From an uncultured cyanobacterium (GTDB lineage Bacteria > Cyanobacteriota > Cyanobacteriia > Cyanobacteriales > CAWCAG01), in assembly GCA_963793425.1 (NCBI GenBank), contig CAWCAG010000009.1, forward strand, positions 256,001-320,000: DNA of 64,000 nt. Direction: 5' to 3'. Below, one piece after another: positions 1-10,700 of the stretch. The position numbers and the translations under genes are program-made. How positions within the stretch are numbered: the first letter of the stretch is position 1; every line of letters begins with the position of its first letter. Below the pieces are notes generated by a model. The model did no database searches. It worked only from the letters and a program-made list of their open reading frames with translations, and had not been told where the DNA came from.

Positions 1-952
1 AATTTTTGCGTTTTTTAGGCTCTAAATGATCCCCTTCGTATAACTCCAATAATTCAGTGCAGGAACGGATAATAGTTAAGGGAGTACGAAATTCATGGGA
101 AACTGTGGAAATGACTTTCGATTTCAATTCATTAACTTCTTCAGACTTTGCCAATGCTTCCTTAACTTTAGCTTCAGCTTTTTTCTGACCATCTATATTT
201 CTGCCTTCTGCAATTAACAAAATCACTTTTCCTGTTTTATCCTTGAGGGGTTTAAGGGAAAAATCAATCCATTCAATTCCCCCTCTGGCCCTTTGCAATT
301 CAATTTCTTGGTGAACTAAATTTCCTTCCCCAGCTTTAGTAACCGCAGTTTGTAACCAATTTTGCAGTTTGGGGGAATAGTTCCAAGCGCTACCTTCCCA
401 AAAATAGTTATTAATAACTTCTTCTTTGGTAGAATCGCAAAATTGCAACGATGCCCGGTTTATTTCTAAAACCTGGCCTTCAGGGGTTAATAATGCCATT
501 AGTTGCAGGGTATTTTCAAAAATAATATAGCGAAAACGTTCCTCGCTTTCTTCTAGTTTCTGAAGATGTTTGCTCCTTTCTAGGTTATAGGAAATAGTTT
601 TTACTAATAGGGGAGTGGTGATGTCACTTTTAACTAAATAATCTTGCGCCCCTTGGTTTAAGGCGGCTAAGGCTAGCTTGCCCTCCGCCTCAGCTAGTAC
701 CACAATGGGGATATTCGGTACAGCTAAATGCAATTTTGTAATAGTCTCTAGATTTTGGGAATCTGGGATGTTGAGGTCGAGAAATATTAAATCTATTGCC
801 CCTTGCTCACAAATTGCGATCGCCTCACTTAATTTCCGAACCTGTTGCAATTGCCATTCTTGTTTGCCTGAACTAACTAATACTTTACGTAGCAAACTGG
901 CATCAGTTGGACTATCCTCAATTAAGAGGAGGTGAATTGGTATTTGGTTCAT
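1..952 (-). CDS. Hybrid sensor histidine kinase (REC-PAS-HisKA), runs off window start
   Basis: Manual minus-strand translation from ATG at 952: MNQIPIHLLLIEDSPTDASLL (receiver), a PAS segment (EERFR...FENTLQLMALLTPEG), and an H-box STVSHEFRTPLTII near position 100. Confidence 0.85.
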   Translation of the reverse strand, partial: MNQIPIHLLLIEDSPTDASLLRKVLVSSGKQEWQLQQVRKLSEAIAICEQGAIDLIFLDLNIPDSQNLETITKLHLAVPNIPIVVLAEAEGKLALAALNQGAQDYLVKSDITTPLLVKTISYNLERSKHLQKLEESEERFRYIIFENTLQLMALLTPEGQVLEINRASLQFCDSTKEEVINNYFWEGSAWNYSPKLQNWLQTAVTKAGEGNLVHQEIELQRARGGIEWIDFSLKPLKDKTGKVILLIAEGRNIDGQKKAEAKVKEALAKSEEVNELKSKVISTVSHEFRTPLTIIRSCTELLELYEGDHLEPKKRKN

Positions 953-1337
953 AGGACTTTCTGATGCAAGTAGTAACCTAATTGCTTCCTAGTAAGGATT
1001 TTTAGTTTTGCATAACAAGCCTGATCTTCAGTTGGTACAATCTTGGTTCATAGCAGCCGTAGGCTACTATCTATTCAAAGTTTTCTTTGAGAGTGAGAAA
1101 AAAACTTAGAAGCCATTACGTATTGTAGAGCAAAACTTTATTTCAGGGAGTTGCTGAAACTAACTACAAAATCATCTCTGATTCAGAATCATCAATCAGA
1201 GTAGGACTATACTCACCCCCGGAAATGCTACCCCATCATGAATAATTGCTAATGTCAAAATATTGAAAACCTTTTTACCAAATTGCCACTCTGTGCGGTC
1301 ACAATTTTTATCCTTACTGTTCAGTATTCAAGCTTTG

Positions 1338-1678
1338 TTAAGCAACTCCATAGCCTGTATAAGGACGTTTGTAGGGGGGATGTAACCCTAGCACGATGTC
1401 TTCTTTAGCAACCCCCATTGCCATTAATTCTTGCCCAAATCAGCCTCAGTCATGTTGCGCTGAATCCAAACTTTTCCATCCTTAATGTCAATGTGAATAA
1501 AGCAATTATAGATACGTTTAAACTCTTCCCAACCAATATCTAATAGTTGATAGTGGTCGTGTTCACTGTCAAAGATGAGTTGAGATTCAATTTCATTATT
1601 AGGGTTACTCTTTTCCAAGGCTAATTTGTTGCTGAGTAACTGACGAATATAGGAGCGATATTGCTCTAGTCTTTCCAT
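1338..1678 (-). CDS. xisI: XisI family protein, single-base frameshift near 1432
   Basis: FDSEHDHYQLLDIGW...HIDIKDGKVWIQ motif. The C-terminus QELMAMGVAKEDIVLGLHPPYKRPYTGYGVA* continues in another frame after a GGG run. Confidence 0.85.
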
Positions 1679-1914
1679 AGGATAATAGACTCCTGGAGTG
1701 GTTTGTAAACAATAAGCTTTACTTGGTAGGATTCAACGGCTGCTTGTATAAATGGCTCTTGAAAGAAAACCTCAAATGTATCAGCAGGGACTGCTAAATA
1801 TAGCGTGTGATCTGGTTTTTGCATTTGCAAGGCTAAACGATAGTTTAAGAAGACCCATTGATCTTTAATGAGTGCTTGCTTAACTGCATTGTGAAAGAGG
1901 TCTTTGGCTGCCAT
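1666..1914 (-). pseudogene. xisH: XisH family protein with in-frame internal deletion (~55 aa)
   Basis: MAAKDLFHNAVKQALIKDQW is joined directly to FLNYRLAL. The segment with AVEVKSF, present in the intact copy at 13394, is missing. Confidence 0.8.
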
Positions 1915-2074
1915 TATTTTTGCTGTTGAACTCTCACAAATAAAAATTTTTCTGAATGGAAGCGATCGCGCTCTTGATTAAAATTTTACTTGCAATAAGC
2001 ATTAAGCTATTTAGTCTTGAGCTTTTTTGTTGAGGCTACGTTTTCTATTGGGTTGTAGCTTGATTTCAGACTGA

Positions 2075-3316
2075 TTACTCATTTTTAAAAGCCGTCATAA
2101 TATTAATAGGATTAAGAGGGCTAAAACGAGTTAATTGAGCGATGGGAAGAGAGCGGGATATTTGTATATTGAGGAGATGGTAAGACCAATTGTTACTTTT
2201 AAACCAATTTAAAGCAATATTGAGATGTTCTAAAGTAGCTAAAGCTAAAACAACAATTCCTTGGGATTTTAACTTGGAATCGCAAACTTCAAGTATTTCT
2301 TTTAAATTACCACCGCTACCACCAACAAAAACTCTATCTGGATTTGGTAAATTATTGAAAGAATCAGGGGCTTTACCCCCCATAGCAATTATATTACTTA
2401 CTTGTAAGCGCTGGCAATTTTGCTTAATTAAATTAAGACCTAAAGCGGTTTTTTCCAGGGCAAATATTTGAGAATCAGGGCAAAGACGAGCAATTTCTAT
2501 AGCCACAGAACCAGTACCTGCGCCAACATCCCAAACAACTTGCTGGGGTTGTAAAGCTAACTCTCCTAAAACCATTAAACGGACTTCTCGCTTTGTCATT
2601 AATCCGGGGCGATCTCTAAAGCTCAAAAAGGCGCTATCTGGCAAACCAAATAGAGGTAAGTTTTCTAATTTCGGAGAGTTATTGTTGCGTAATAAAATAA
2701 CTACATTCAAAGGAGCAAAACTCTCTTTCTTGAGACTTTGAGGGACGAAGCAAGTAACTTTTTCTTCTTCGCCCCCTAAATTTTCACAAACCCAAAAATC
2801 GTAACTTACAGGAAGATTTAACTCTAAATAAAGACGAGCGATCGCAGCCGGATTATGCTCAGAATCTGTCAGGATAGCAATTTTCTCTGCCCCCTCTTTT
2901 AACAAGTTAATTAACTCTTCTAAAGAACGACCATGAACACTAACAATTTTGGCATCTTGCCACGGAAGTTTGAGGCGATTAAAAGCTAATTGAATAGAAC
3001 TAAAATGGGGATAAAAACAGATACTTTCCGAAGGAAATTCTGCTAATAACAATCTTCCTAAACCGAAAAATAAAGGATCTCCTGATACTAATACCACAAC
3101 TCTTTCCTTGGCTTCCCAAAAAGAGTGAAGTTGAGCTATAGCAGCAGAAAAATCCTTTAGTACCAAAAGTTTTCCTTCATAATTAGGAAAATAGCTTAAA
3201 TGGCGATCGCTCCCTACCAAAACTGTTGCTTGATTAACAATTTCTAAAACTGCTACTGTCAAACCCGCAGCACCCTCTAAACCAATACCGACAACTTGAA
3301 TAGAGTTGTTTGTCAT
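2075..3316 (-). CDS. cbiET: Bifunctional precorrin-6Y C5,15-methyltransferase (CbiE/CbiT, CobL)
   Basis: VVGIG, SGDPLFFGLG, SVHGR, MTKREVR and WDVGAGTGSVAIE motifs. Confidence 0.93.
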   Translation of the reverse strand: MTNNSIQVVGIGLEGAAGLTVAVLEIVNQATVLVGSDRHLSYFPNYEGKLLVLKDFSAAIAQLHSFWEAKERVVVLVSGDPLFFGLGRLLLAEFPSESICFYPHFSSIQLAFNRLKLPWQDAKIVSVHGRSLEELINLLKEGAEKIAILTDSEHNPAAIARLYLELNLPVSYDFWVCENLGGEEEKVTCFVPQSLKKESFAPLNVVILLRNNNSPKLENLPLFGLPDSAFLSFRDRPGLMTKREVRLMVLGELALQPQQVVWDVGAGTGSVAIEIARLCPDSQIFALEKTALGLNLIKQNCQRLQVSNIIAMGGKAPDSFNNLPNPDRVFVGGSGGNLKEILEVCDSKLKSQGIVVLALATLEHLNIALNWFKSNNWSYHLLNIQISRSLPIAQLTRFSPLNPINIMTAFKNE

Positions 3317-3317
3317 A

Positions 3318-3358
3318 CAGTTGCTAATTGCTAGTTGCTAATTGCTAGTTGCTAGTTG
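3318..3358. repeat. Heptamer short tandem repeat (STRR-like, TTGCTAA/TTGCTAG)
   Basis: agttgctaattgctagttgctaattgctagttgctagttg. Similar tracts occur at ~19337, 29872, 32300, 37304, 44509 and 57555. Confidence 0.85.
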
Positions 3359-3440
3359 AAAAAGAAAAGGTGACCCAATTTAACCCTAATTTATCAATAA
3401 TGTCTGGGAAACCTTCATCCCTACGAATATCTGAGTAACC

Positions 3441-5231
3441 TTACTTCTTCTTCCCTTTCTGTTTCTCCTTATTCTCCTCTTTGATTTGGTTTTTGAGGTC
3501 TTTGATTTCCTTAATTCTTTTGGCCTTTTGAATTTTTTTCCCTATTCCGGCATTACGCATATCGAAGTGCATAAAGTCTCCATATTTTCCTCCCCAATCC
3601 AGTCCCACTGCACCCATCGCCGAAACCAATCTTCTGTCTAAATCCATCAGACCATGTTTCTGGACACTTTCTTGCTTGTTTTTCCTGCTCCACCATGCAG
3701 ACATAACTTCAAGATCCGACTTGATTTTTTCCTTAGCCTCTATTATGTCTAGTCCGCGCCATTCAGAAGCTTTGGTTTGTTGCAGAAAACTTTTCAATTC
3801 TTGGTCTTTTTCTGGGGAATTTTCGAGAAAAGAGAAATACTGCTCAATAGCTTCATCCAAAACCTGATTATGGTCATATACTTCCATGACATCATAGTTA
3901 AACTTGTCAGGATTAGTATGTTCAAATCTTAATGTCTGATTCAAAAGTAACCCTATCCTCCCTAAGAAATCCTGAAGGACTTGGGTTTTCCTTTTATTCC
4001 CTTTCTTATCAACTCCCTCTTTCCCCGAACTATCAGAAACCCAAGGATTCTCTGTATAGTTAATATCAATTGCCAGACCAAAAACGTGCATAGATTGAGA
4101 AGTACTGTTCTCTGATTCTTTCCGAATCGAACTATGACGTTTAATTCCCAAAAATTTACCTACGTTGTTGGCACTATGAGCAGCTTTCAAACCCTTCTGT
4201 TCCAGGAATTGTAAATAAGCCGGATCGGCGCTAATTTCATTAACAGCTAGACTTTCAGCATTCTTAAGTAGCTTCGCAAACTCCACATAAACTGAACCTA
4301 CAGACTTACCAAAAAGCTGAAGTGTAGTAAAGTTATCCCACCATTTTGCAGGAGGATCGAAACCGGCTTCGCTCAACATAGCGTCAGCTAATCTTGTTCC
4401 TGTTCTACTCTCCTGATTTTTTTTATTATGCTCTGCGGTGTGGGTTTCAAAGTCATAATCTTTTAATTCTATCTCGGAGTTATTCTCTGAATTTTGCTGT
4501 TCACTACTTTGAGTATTATCATCCTCGTTAAGGGGTGTCTGTTTCTTACTCCCCAAAACAGCCAAATTAGACTTCTTCGTCCAACCCCAAGTCCTGGGCG
4601 GCCCAACAAAATCTTCAGGGAGTGCTTCCACTAATAGAGAGTATTGGTCTTGACCCTTGCTAACGGTCTTAATTATCTCTACCTGAGAATCTTTAGGAAT
4701 GAGCTGCTTAGGATTCAAGGTGTTTAAGTTAGGTGGTTTGCTACGTAGATAAGCTTGGGAATCTGTGACGACATAAACTTCTTGTCTAATCCCCCCTAAT
4801 TCCTGAATATCTTCTTCATTAGAGTAGGAGGTATTCTCTGAGGTATGATTATCTTTCTGGGATTCTCCCTTACTTTGCTCAGAAGTATTTTCCTCTGGGT
4901 TAAAAAGGTTGAATACTTCATCCCAAAAGCATTGAATATGGGAACCACCACCTTTTTTGGGCAAAACCTGGTTTCCTATTTCATCAGTGCTTAACTTCCT
5001 TTGTATTGGTTGTGATGGTGTTTGAGGAGAGGAAAACTTACTAAGGGAACAAGTATCACCCATTGCTTGAAATTTATTGTACGTCTCCCACCTCTGTTCT
5101 AAAGATTGTCCCCCTTGTTGTTGCTGGGCCGGAGGTATAGTACGTATAGTACGCGGCTGTAAGAAACCACTATTTTGTGATGGCTGGGCCGGTTGAAAAC
5201 TAGACTTTTTTTTCTGTTGGTAACTTCCCAT
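3441..5231 (-). CDS. M15-family (D-Ala-D-Ala / L-Ala-D-Glu type) metallopeptidase with SH3-like domain and eCIS-cargo-like N-terminal leader
   Basis: SMHVFGLAID (SxHxxGxAxD) and WGGKYGDFMHFD motifs. AYLRSKP...WGWTKKSNL is SH3b-like. The leader carries FLQPR...PIQRKL...IQC. Start set at ATG 5231. Confidence 0.65.
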   Translation of the reverse strand: MGSYQQKKKSSFQPAQPSQNSGFLQPRTIRTIPPAQQQQGGQSLEQRWETYNKFQAMGDTCSLSKFSSPQTPSQPIQRKLSTDEIGNQVLPKKGGGSHIQCFWDEVFNLFNPEENTSEQSKGESQKDNHTSENTSYSNEEDIQELGGIRQEVYVVTDSQAYLRSKPPNLNTLNPKQLIPKDSQVEIIKTVSKGQDQYSLLVEALPEDFVGPPRTWGWTKKSNLAVLGSKKQTPLNEDDNTQSSEQQNSENNSEIELKDYDFETHTAEHNKKNQESRTGTRLADAMLSEAGFDPPAKWWDNFTTLQLFGKSVGSVYVEFAKLLKNAESLAVNEISADPAYLQFLEQKGLKAAHSANNVGKFLGIKRHSSIRKESENSTSQSMHVFGLAIDINYTENPWVSDSSGKEGVDKKGNKRKTQVLQDFLGRIGLLLNQTLRFEHTNPDKFNYDVMEVYDHNQVLDEAIEQYFSFLENSPEKDQELKSFLQQTKASEWRGLDIIEAKEKIKSDLEVMSAWWSRKNKQESVQKHGLMDLDRRLVSAMGAVGLDWGGKYGDFMHFDMRNAGIGKKIQKAKRIKEIKDLKNQIKEENKEKQKGKKK

Positions 5232-5319
5232 GGTTAAACCTCTAATGAATTTGGGAAATGTTGAGTAAATGTTGACCTGGATTATGAGTTTGAGAGATAA
5301 TTCAGTACAAAGAAGTTTC

Positions 5320-6186
5320 TTAAACTGACTTCTTTTTGCTACGAACACGCCAGAAGAAAATAGCTGCTCCTAAGACTAGCAAATAAGGACTGTGAACCGC
5401 CAACCAAATGCCCAAACGCAGTAAACCCATCGTTAAGCCTTGGAAAGATTGGGTGGCATTACTCCATGCCTTCTGCATTTGAGAACCCACAGGGGGTTGA
5501 GAGTCGCTGGCCACAGAAGCGGTTAAATTGAGGGTAATGGTAGAATAGGCAACTCGGTTGGTTAAATTTTTCAGTTGAGCATCAATTTGCTCAATAGAGC
5601 TACGAATATTACTCAACTCCTTAGCAACTTGTAGAGTATCTCCCATTGAACCAGAACAATCCATAATTTTCAGCAAGGAGTTTTCTGTTTGCCGCAAATT
5701 ACGCAATCTTGCCTTCACATCCACCAACTGATTGCTAACATCCTCAGCATTAATAGACTCACTCTCCAAAGTCCCTAATTCTCTCAAAGCATCGAGAGTC
5801 GGTTCCAAGTTGGCTTGAGGAACACGAATTTTCATCAATGCTTGGTGGCGACTACCAAAACTTTGGGGCTGACTATTTTCCAACCCTAAAACGTCTCCCT
5901 TTAGCCGCTTAGTGATATCAGAAGCACTGTCTAACGCTTCTTCAATGGATTTAACTTCCAAAGCCATCTCTGCGGTTTTCGCTAGCTGAGGCGCAGTTTG
6001 GGGGGCTTCCTTTGGTTGATTAGTATTGCCTTCTTGAGCCTCATCAGCCACCGTTGATTCTGTAACGCCAGTAGCTGCGTCTCCTTCCACTTGCTCTGCC
6101 ATCTCTCCAGCAGAGCCACAACTCACCAGCAACATACTAGCAAGCAAGGCACTGAACAAAAATTTGGGTGAAGTGGCGGGTTTCAT
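5320..6186 (-). CDS. DUF4349 domain lipoprotein
   Basis: Lipobox LVSC, EDVSNQLVDVKARLRNL and NRVAYSTITL, with a C-terminal TM helix. Confidence 0.88.
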   Translation of the reverse strand: MKPATSPKFLFSALLASMLLVSCGSAGEMAEQVEGDAATGVTESTVADEAQEGNTNQPKEAPQTAPQLAKTAEMALEVKSIEEALDSASDITKRLKGDVLGLENSQPQSFGSRHQALMKIRVPQANLEPTLDALRELGTLESESINAEDVSNQLVDVKARLRNLRQTENSLLKIMDCSGSMGDTLQVAKELSNIRSSIEQIDAQLKNLTNRVAYSTITLNLTASVASDSQPPVGSQMQKAWSNATQSFQGLTMGLLRLGIWLAVHSPYLLVLGAAIFFWRVRSKKKSV

Positions 6187-6376
6187 TTTATCCTCCGGAG
6201 CAAGATAACCAAAAATTGCTACATCTTGAACTTAAACTATTCCAGAAAAGAAGAGCGAATTCTGGCCATCCTTTTTTCTTTTCTTAGCAAAATAAGAGTG
6301 TTCCAGATTTAAAATTGCCCTATCGAGATAACCTTTACTGATCTTCCTATGACAAAGTAGTAGAAAGAAAACGCAA

Positions 6377-7054
6377 ATGCTGCCTTTTGAACCCATGAGT
6401 CAATCTATTTCTTTATCCTGGTCACAACTAAAGGTTCAAACTCCTAACCAACCTGTCAGCCAGGAAAAGCTCTCTAACTACGATCTAATTGTTAGCTGCC
6501 AAGAAGGGGTTAAACCAGACAAAGCCGCTTTTTCAGAGCTTCTACGCAGGTATCAATCCCATGTAGAAAAGATGTTATATCATCTGGCTCCTGATTGGCA
6601 AGATAGAGCAGACTTAGCCCAAGAAGTTTGGATTAGGGTTTATCGTAATATCAAGCGTTTAAAAGAACCAGTCAAATTTAAAGGTTGGTTAAGTCGCATC
6701 GCTACTAATTTATTTTACGATGAACTGCGTAAGCGTAAAAGAGTTAGTCATCCTCTTTCTTTAGATGCCCCTCGCAAAATGGACGATGGGGATATGGATT
6801 GGGAAATAGCTTCTGATTATCCTAGCCCAGATGATAACCTCACAACTAGAGAATTTTACGACCAACTTAAAGTTGCGATCGCAGAATTACCAGAAGTTTT
6901 TAGAACAACTATTATTCTTCGTGAGATAGAAGGATTAGCTTACGAAGAAATTGCAGAAATAACCGAATCTTCCCTTGGTACTGTTAAATCAAGAATCGCT
7001 AGGGCTAGGGCGAGACTGCAATCTGAACTGCAAAACTATCTTAGAGAAGAGTAG
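6377..7054 (+). CDS. sigG: ECF RNA polymerase sigma factor (cyanobacterial SigG)
   Basis: MSQSISLSWS N-terminus, DLAQEVWIRVY, FKGWLSRIATNLFYDELRKRKR and GTVKSRIARAR. Confidence 0.92.
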   Translation: MLPFEPMSQSISLSWSQLKVQTPNQPVSQEKLSNYDLIVSCQEGVKPDKAAFSELLRRYQSHVEKMLYHLAPDWQDRADLAQEVWIRVYRNIKRLKEPVKFKGWLSRIATNLFYDELRKRKRVSHPLSLDAPRKMDDGDMDWEIASDYPSPDDNLTTREFYDQLKVAIAELPEVFRTTIILREIEGLAYEEIAEITESSLGTVKSRIARARARLQSELQNYLREE

Positions 7055-7169
7055 TTTCTTGTTTTCGGCAACGATTTTCTGCTCAGAGCGTCAACATTGA
7101 TACTAGTATATGTGAAGGAGCTTTTATTAAGCTCAGGGTGATTTCTAAAAGTTCCATGGTGATACCACT

Positions 7170-7715
7170 ATGAACCGCAAATTTGATGCTCGCAAAAACA
7201 TGAAGCCGTTACAAGATCGGTCAATAAAAATGAATAGCCAAGAGCGGGATCGCTTTGAATTATTGAGTGCTTATTTTGATGGAGAAGTTACAGCCACAGA
7301 ACGCAAAAAAGTGCAAAAATGGCTTGATAGTGATCCTCAAACTAAGCAACTATACTCCCGTCTCCTCAGAATTCGTCATGGTTTGAAGAGTATGCCTCTA
7401 CCTGCTGAAGAGGTTTCAACCCAAGAGGTAACCAGGAATGTTTGGCGAAAAATTAATCAGCGCCGTCTACACAATGCTTTAATTTGGGGAAGTGGTGGAA
7501 TCGCAGCTTTGTTTGTGGGTACAATATCCGGTATAGTTCCAGGAGAATTCTTACCAGGAATACGTGTTGCTAATTCTCCGGAACCACAAAGGGATTTAGA
7601 AACTTTGGAAATTGCCGTCAATGAGCCTGCTATAGAAATTCCCAAGGCTCCTGTATCATCTTCAGAAGAGACTTTAAATTCGAGCAGGGAAGAAGATAAG
7701 GTGATAATCGAGTAA
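7170..7715 (+). CDS. Anti-sigma factor of SigG (zf-HC2-like N-terminus, single TM)
   Basis: RDRFELLSAYFDGEVT motif, a TM helix, and position directly downstream of sigG. Confidence 0.88.
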   Translation: MNRKFDARKNMKPLQDRSIKMNSQERDRFELLSAYFDGEVTATERKKVQKWLDSDPQTKQLYSRLLRIRHGLKSMPLPAEEVSTQEVTRNVWRKINQRRLHNALIWGSGGIAALFVGTISGIVPGEFLPGIRVANSPEPQRDLETLEIAVNEPAIEIPKAPVSSSEETLNSSREEDKVIIE

Positions 7716-7773
7716 GTTTCAGCAAAGAAAAATCAATTTGCGTCCCTATGGTTCTTTATCTCTCTTTCTCAAG

Positions 7774-10700
7774 ATGACGCGCATTTTTGATAATATCGGA
7801 CAACATCTGCTGCCAGTTTTACGGGCTACCCTTGAGATTTCAAAAAGGGCAGATTTTTGTGTTGGTTACTTCAACTTGCGAGGCTGGGGAAAAATTGCTG
7901 CTCAAATTGAACACTTTGCCGGGAAAGAAGATTCTTGCTGTCGTCTTCTTATTGGTATGCAAAGATTGCCAGAAACTGAGGTACATCGTAGCTTAGCTTT
8001 AGGAGGAGATCATAGCGGACTTGATAACCGTAGGGTATTGCGGTGGAAAAAACAAGTTGCCCAGGATTTTTGTCAACAATTAAGTTGGGGTGTACCGACA
8101 AACAAGGATGAATTGGCTTTACGCCAACTACAAAAGCAACTTCAAGAAGGCAAAGTTAGGGTTAAGTTTTTCCTTCGTTATCCTCTTCATGCCAAGCTTT
8201 ATTTAATTCATCGTGATGATTTCAACAACCCGACAATCGGTTTTTTGGGTAGTAGCAACCTCACCTTATCAGGGCTACAAAATCAAGGGGAATTGAATGT
8301 TGATATCCTGGATCATGATGCTTGTTTAAAGCTTCAGAGATGGTTTGAGGCCAGGTGGGAAGATCGTTGGTGTGTTGATGTTTCTGAGGAAATTATTGCA
8401 GCGATTGAGGAAAGTTGGGCGCGAGAGAAGTTGATTCCGCCTTATCATATTTATCTTAAAATTGCTTATCATCTATCTTCTGAAGCCAGGGCAGGTTTAG
8501 CGGAATATCGTATTCCTCGTAGTGTTAGCGGGGAGTTATTCGAGTTTCAAAAAGCAGCCGTAAAAATTGCTGCCCGCCATCTCAATCAACGGGGTGGGGT
8601 TTTGGTTGGGGATGTAGTGGGCTTGGGTAAAACTCGCATTGCAGCAACTTTGGCGAAAATCTTAGAAGAAGACTTTTTTTTAGAGACGCTGATTATTTGC
8701 CCTAAGAATTTAGTACCGATGTGGCAAGAGTATGTTTATAATTATCAGCTTCGTGGCAAAGTACTATCTTTGAGTAGGGTGCAAACAGAACTCCCTCAAG
8801 AAAGGCGTTATCGAGTTGTTTTAATTGATGAGAGTCATAATTTGCGGAATCGCCAGGGGAAACGTTATCGGGCGATCGCAGAATATATTGCCCTCAATGA
8901 AAGCCGTTGCATTTTACTTACGGCAACTCCTTATAATAAGACTTATTTGGATTTATCTAGTCAACTACGCCTCTTTATTAATGAAGATCAAGACTTGGGA
9001 ACTCGCCCAGAAAAACTATTGAAGGAACTGGGGGGAGAAATGGAATTTAGTCGCAAACATCAAGCCCCCGTGCGTTCCCTGGCTGCTTTTGAGAAGAGTG
9101 AATATGCCGATGATTGGCGAGAGTTGATGCGGCATTATATGGTGCGACGGACTCGCAGTTTTATTGAAAATAACTATGCTAAAGAAGATGCTACGGGGCG
9201 CAAGTATTTAGAATATCCTGATGGTTCTAAATCTTATTTTCCCCTACGCAAACCCCAAACTTTGACTTTCGACTCAACAGAGAATGGCCGGTTGTATTCT
9301 GAGGAGATGGTTAATACCCTGGGTGATTTGAATTTACCCCGCTACGGTTTGGGCAACTATGCAATTTCTCCTAAATCAGCTAAAGGTAAGGGCATGACGG
9401 GGGAGGAGTCGGCACAAATTAAAGATTTATCCCGTGGTGGTAAACGTTTGATGGGTTTTTGTCGTACCAATCTTTTTAAACGTTTAGAAAGTAGTGGGAT
9501 TGCTTTCTTGCAGTCTCTTGATCGTCATCTTCTCCGTAACTATATTTTCTTGTATGGAATCGCCCATCAGCTTCGGTTACCCATTGGTTCCCAAGATGCT
9601 AGTCTTCTTGATCCTCAGCAAAGTGATGATGATACTCTCTTTTCTCAAGGGGAGGAGGAGGAGATTGCTGAGGTTAGTACCGCCTTTGTTAGTGAAACAG
9701 AAAAGGAATATTGGCAGCGTGCAGCACAGGTTTATCAAGAATATGCTACCCGTTATCAGAAGCGTTTTAAATGGATTCGCCCCCAGTTATTCAAAGCTTC
9801 TTTAAAAAAAGATTTACAGGCTGACTGTTCAACTTTGCTTAAGTTGTTGCAAAGTTGTGGTAGCTGGCAAGCTAATCAAGATCAGAAACTGCAAGTTTTG
9901 ATTGACTTAGTTTGTACCACCCATCCCCAAGAAAAAGTGCTGATTTTTAGTCAGTTTGCTGACACGGTAAATTATCTTACTACGGAAATGCAAAAACGCG
10001 GTGTTAAAAGGGTTGCTGGGGTGACAGGAAGCTCAAAAAATCCAGCAGCGATCGCCTGGGATTTTAGTCCCCAAAGCAACGGCAAACCTCTACCGGAAGC
10101 AAAACAGTTACGCATCTTAATCGCTACAGATGTCCTTAGTGAGGGGTTGAATCTTCAAGATTGTGCCATCATTGTCAATTATGATTTGCCTTGGGCGATA
10201 ATCCGCTTGATTCAAAGGGCGGGAAGGGTTGATCGTTTTGGGCAAGCAGCAGCAAAAATTCTCTGTTACTCTTTCTTACCAGCAGAAGGGGTAGAAGAAG
10301 TGATTCGTTTGCGGAGTCGTTTGCGGCAACGCTTAAAGGAGAATGCTGAGGTGGTTGGTACTGATGAAGCTTTTTTTGAAGATGATCTAGATGAACAAGT
10401 TATGTTGGATCTTTATCATGAAAAGTCGGGGATTCTCGATGGTGAGGAGGATACGGAGGTGGATTTAACCTCAGAAGCTTACCAAATTTGGAAGAATGCC
10501 GTTGATGCTGATCCCCCCTTAAAAAAGATAATTGAAAATCTTAACAATGTTGTTTATGCCACCCGTCACCACAACTCTACCCCAACTCACCCCGAAGGGG
10601 TTTTACTCTATATGAAAACGGCTGAAGGAAATGATGCTTTGGCTTGGGTTAACAAAGAAGGGCAAAGTGTTACAGAATCTCAGTTTGCTATCCTCCGGGC

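Noticed and set aside
678..935. 85-aa plus-strand ORF and similar short antisense ORFs within long genes
   Set aside because: These are shadows of well-supported genes on the opposite strand or in another frame
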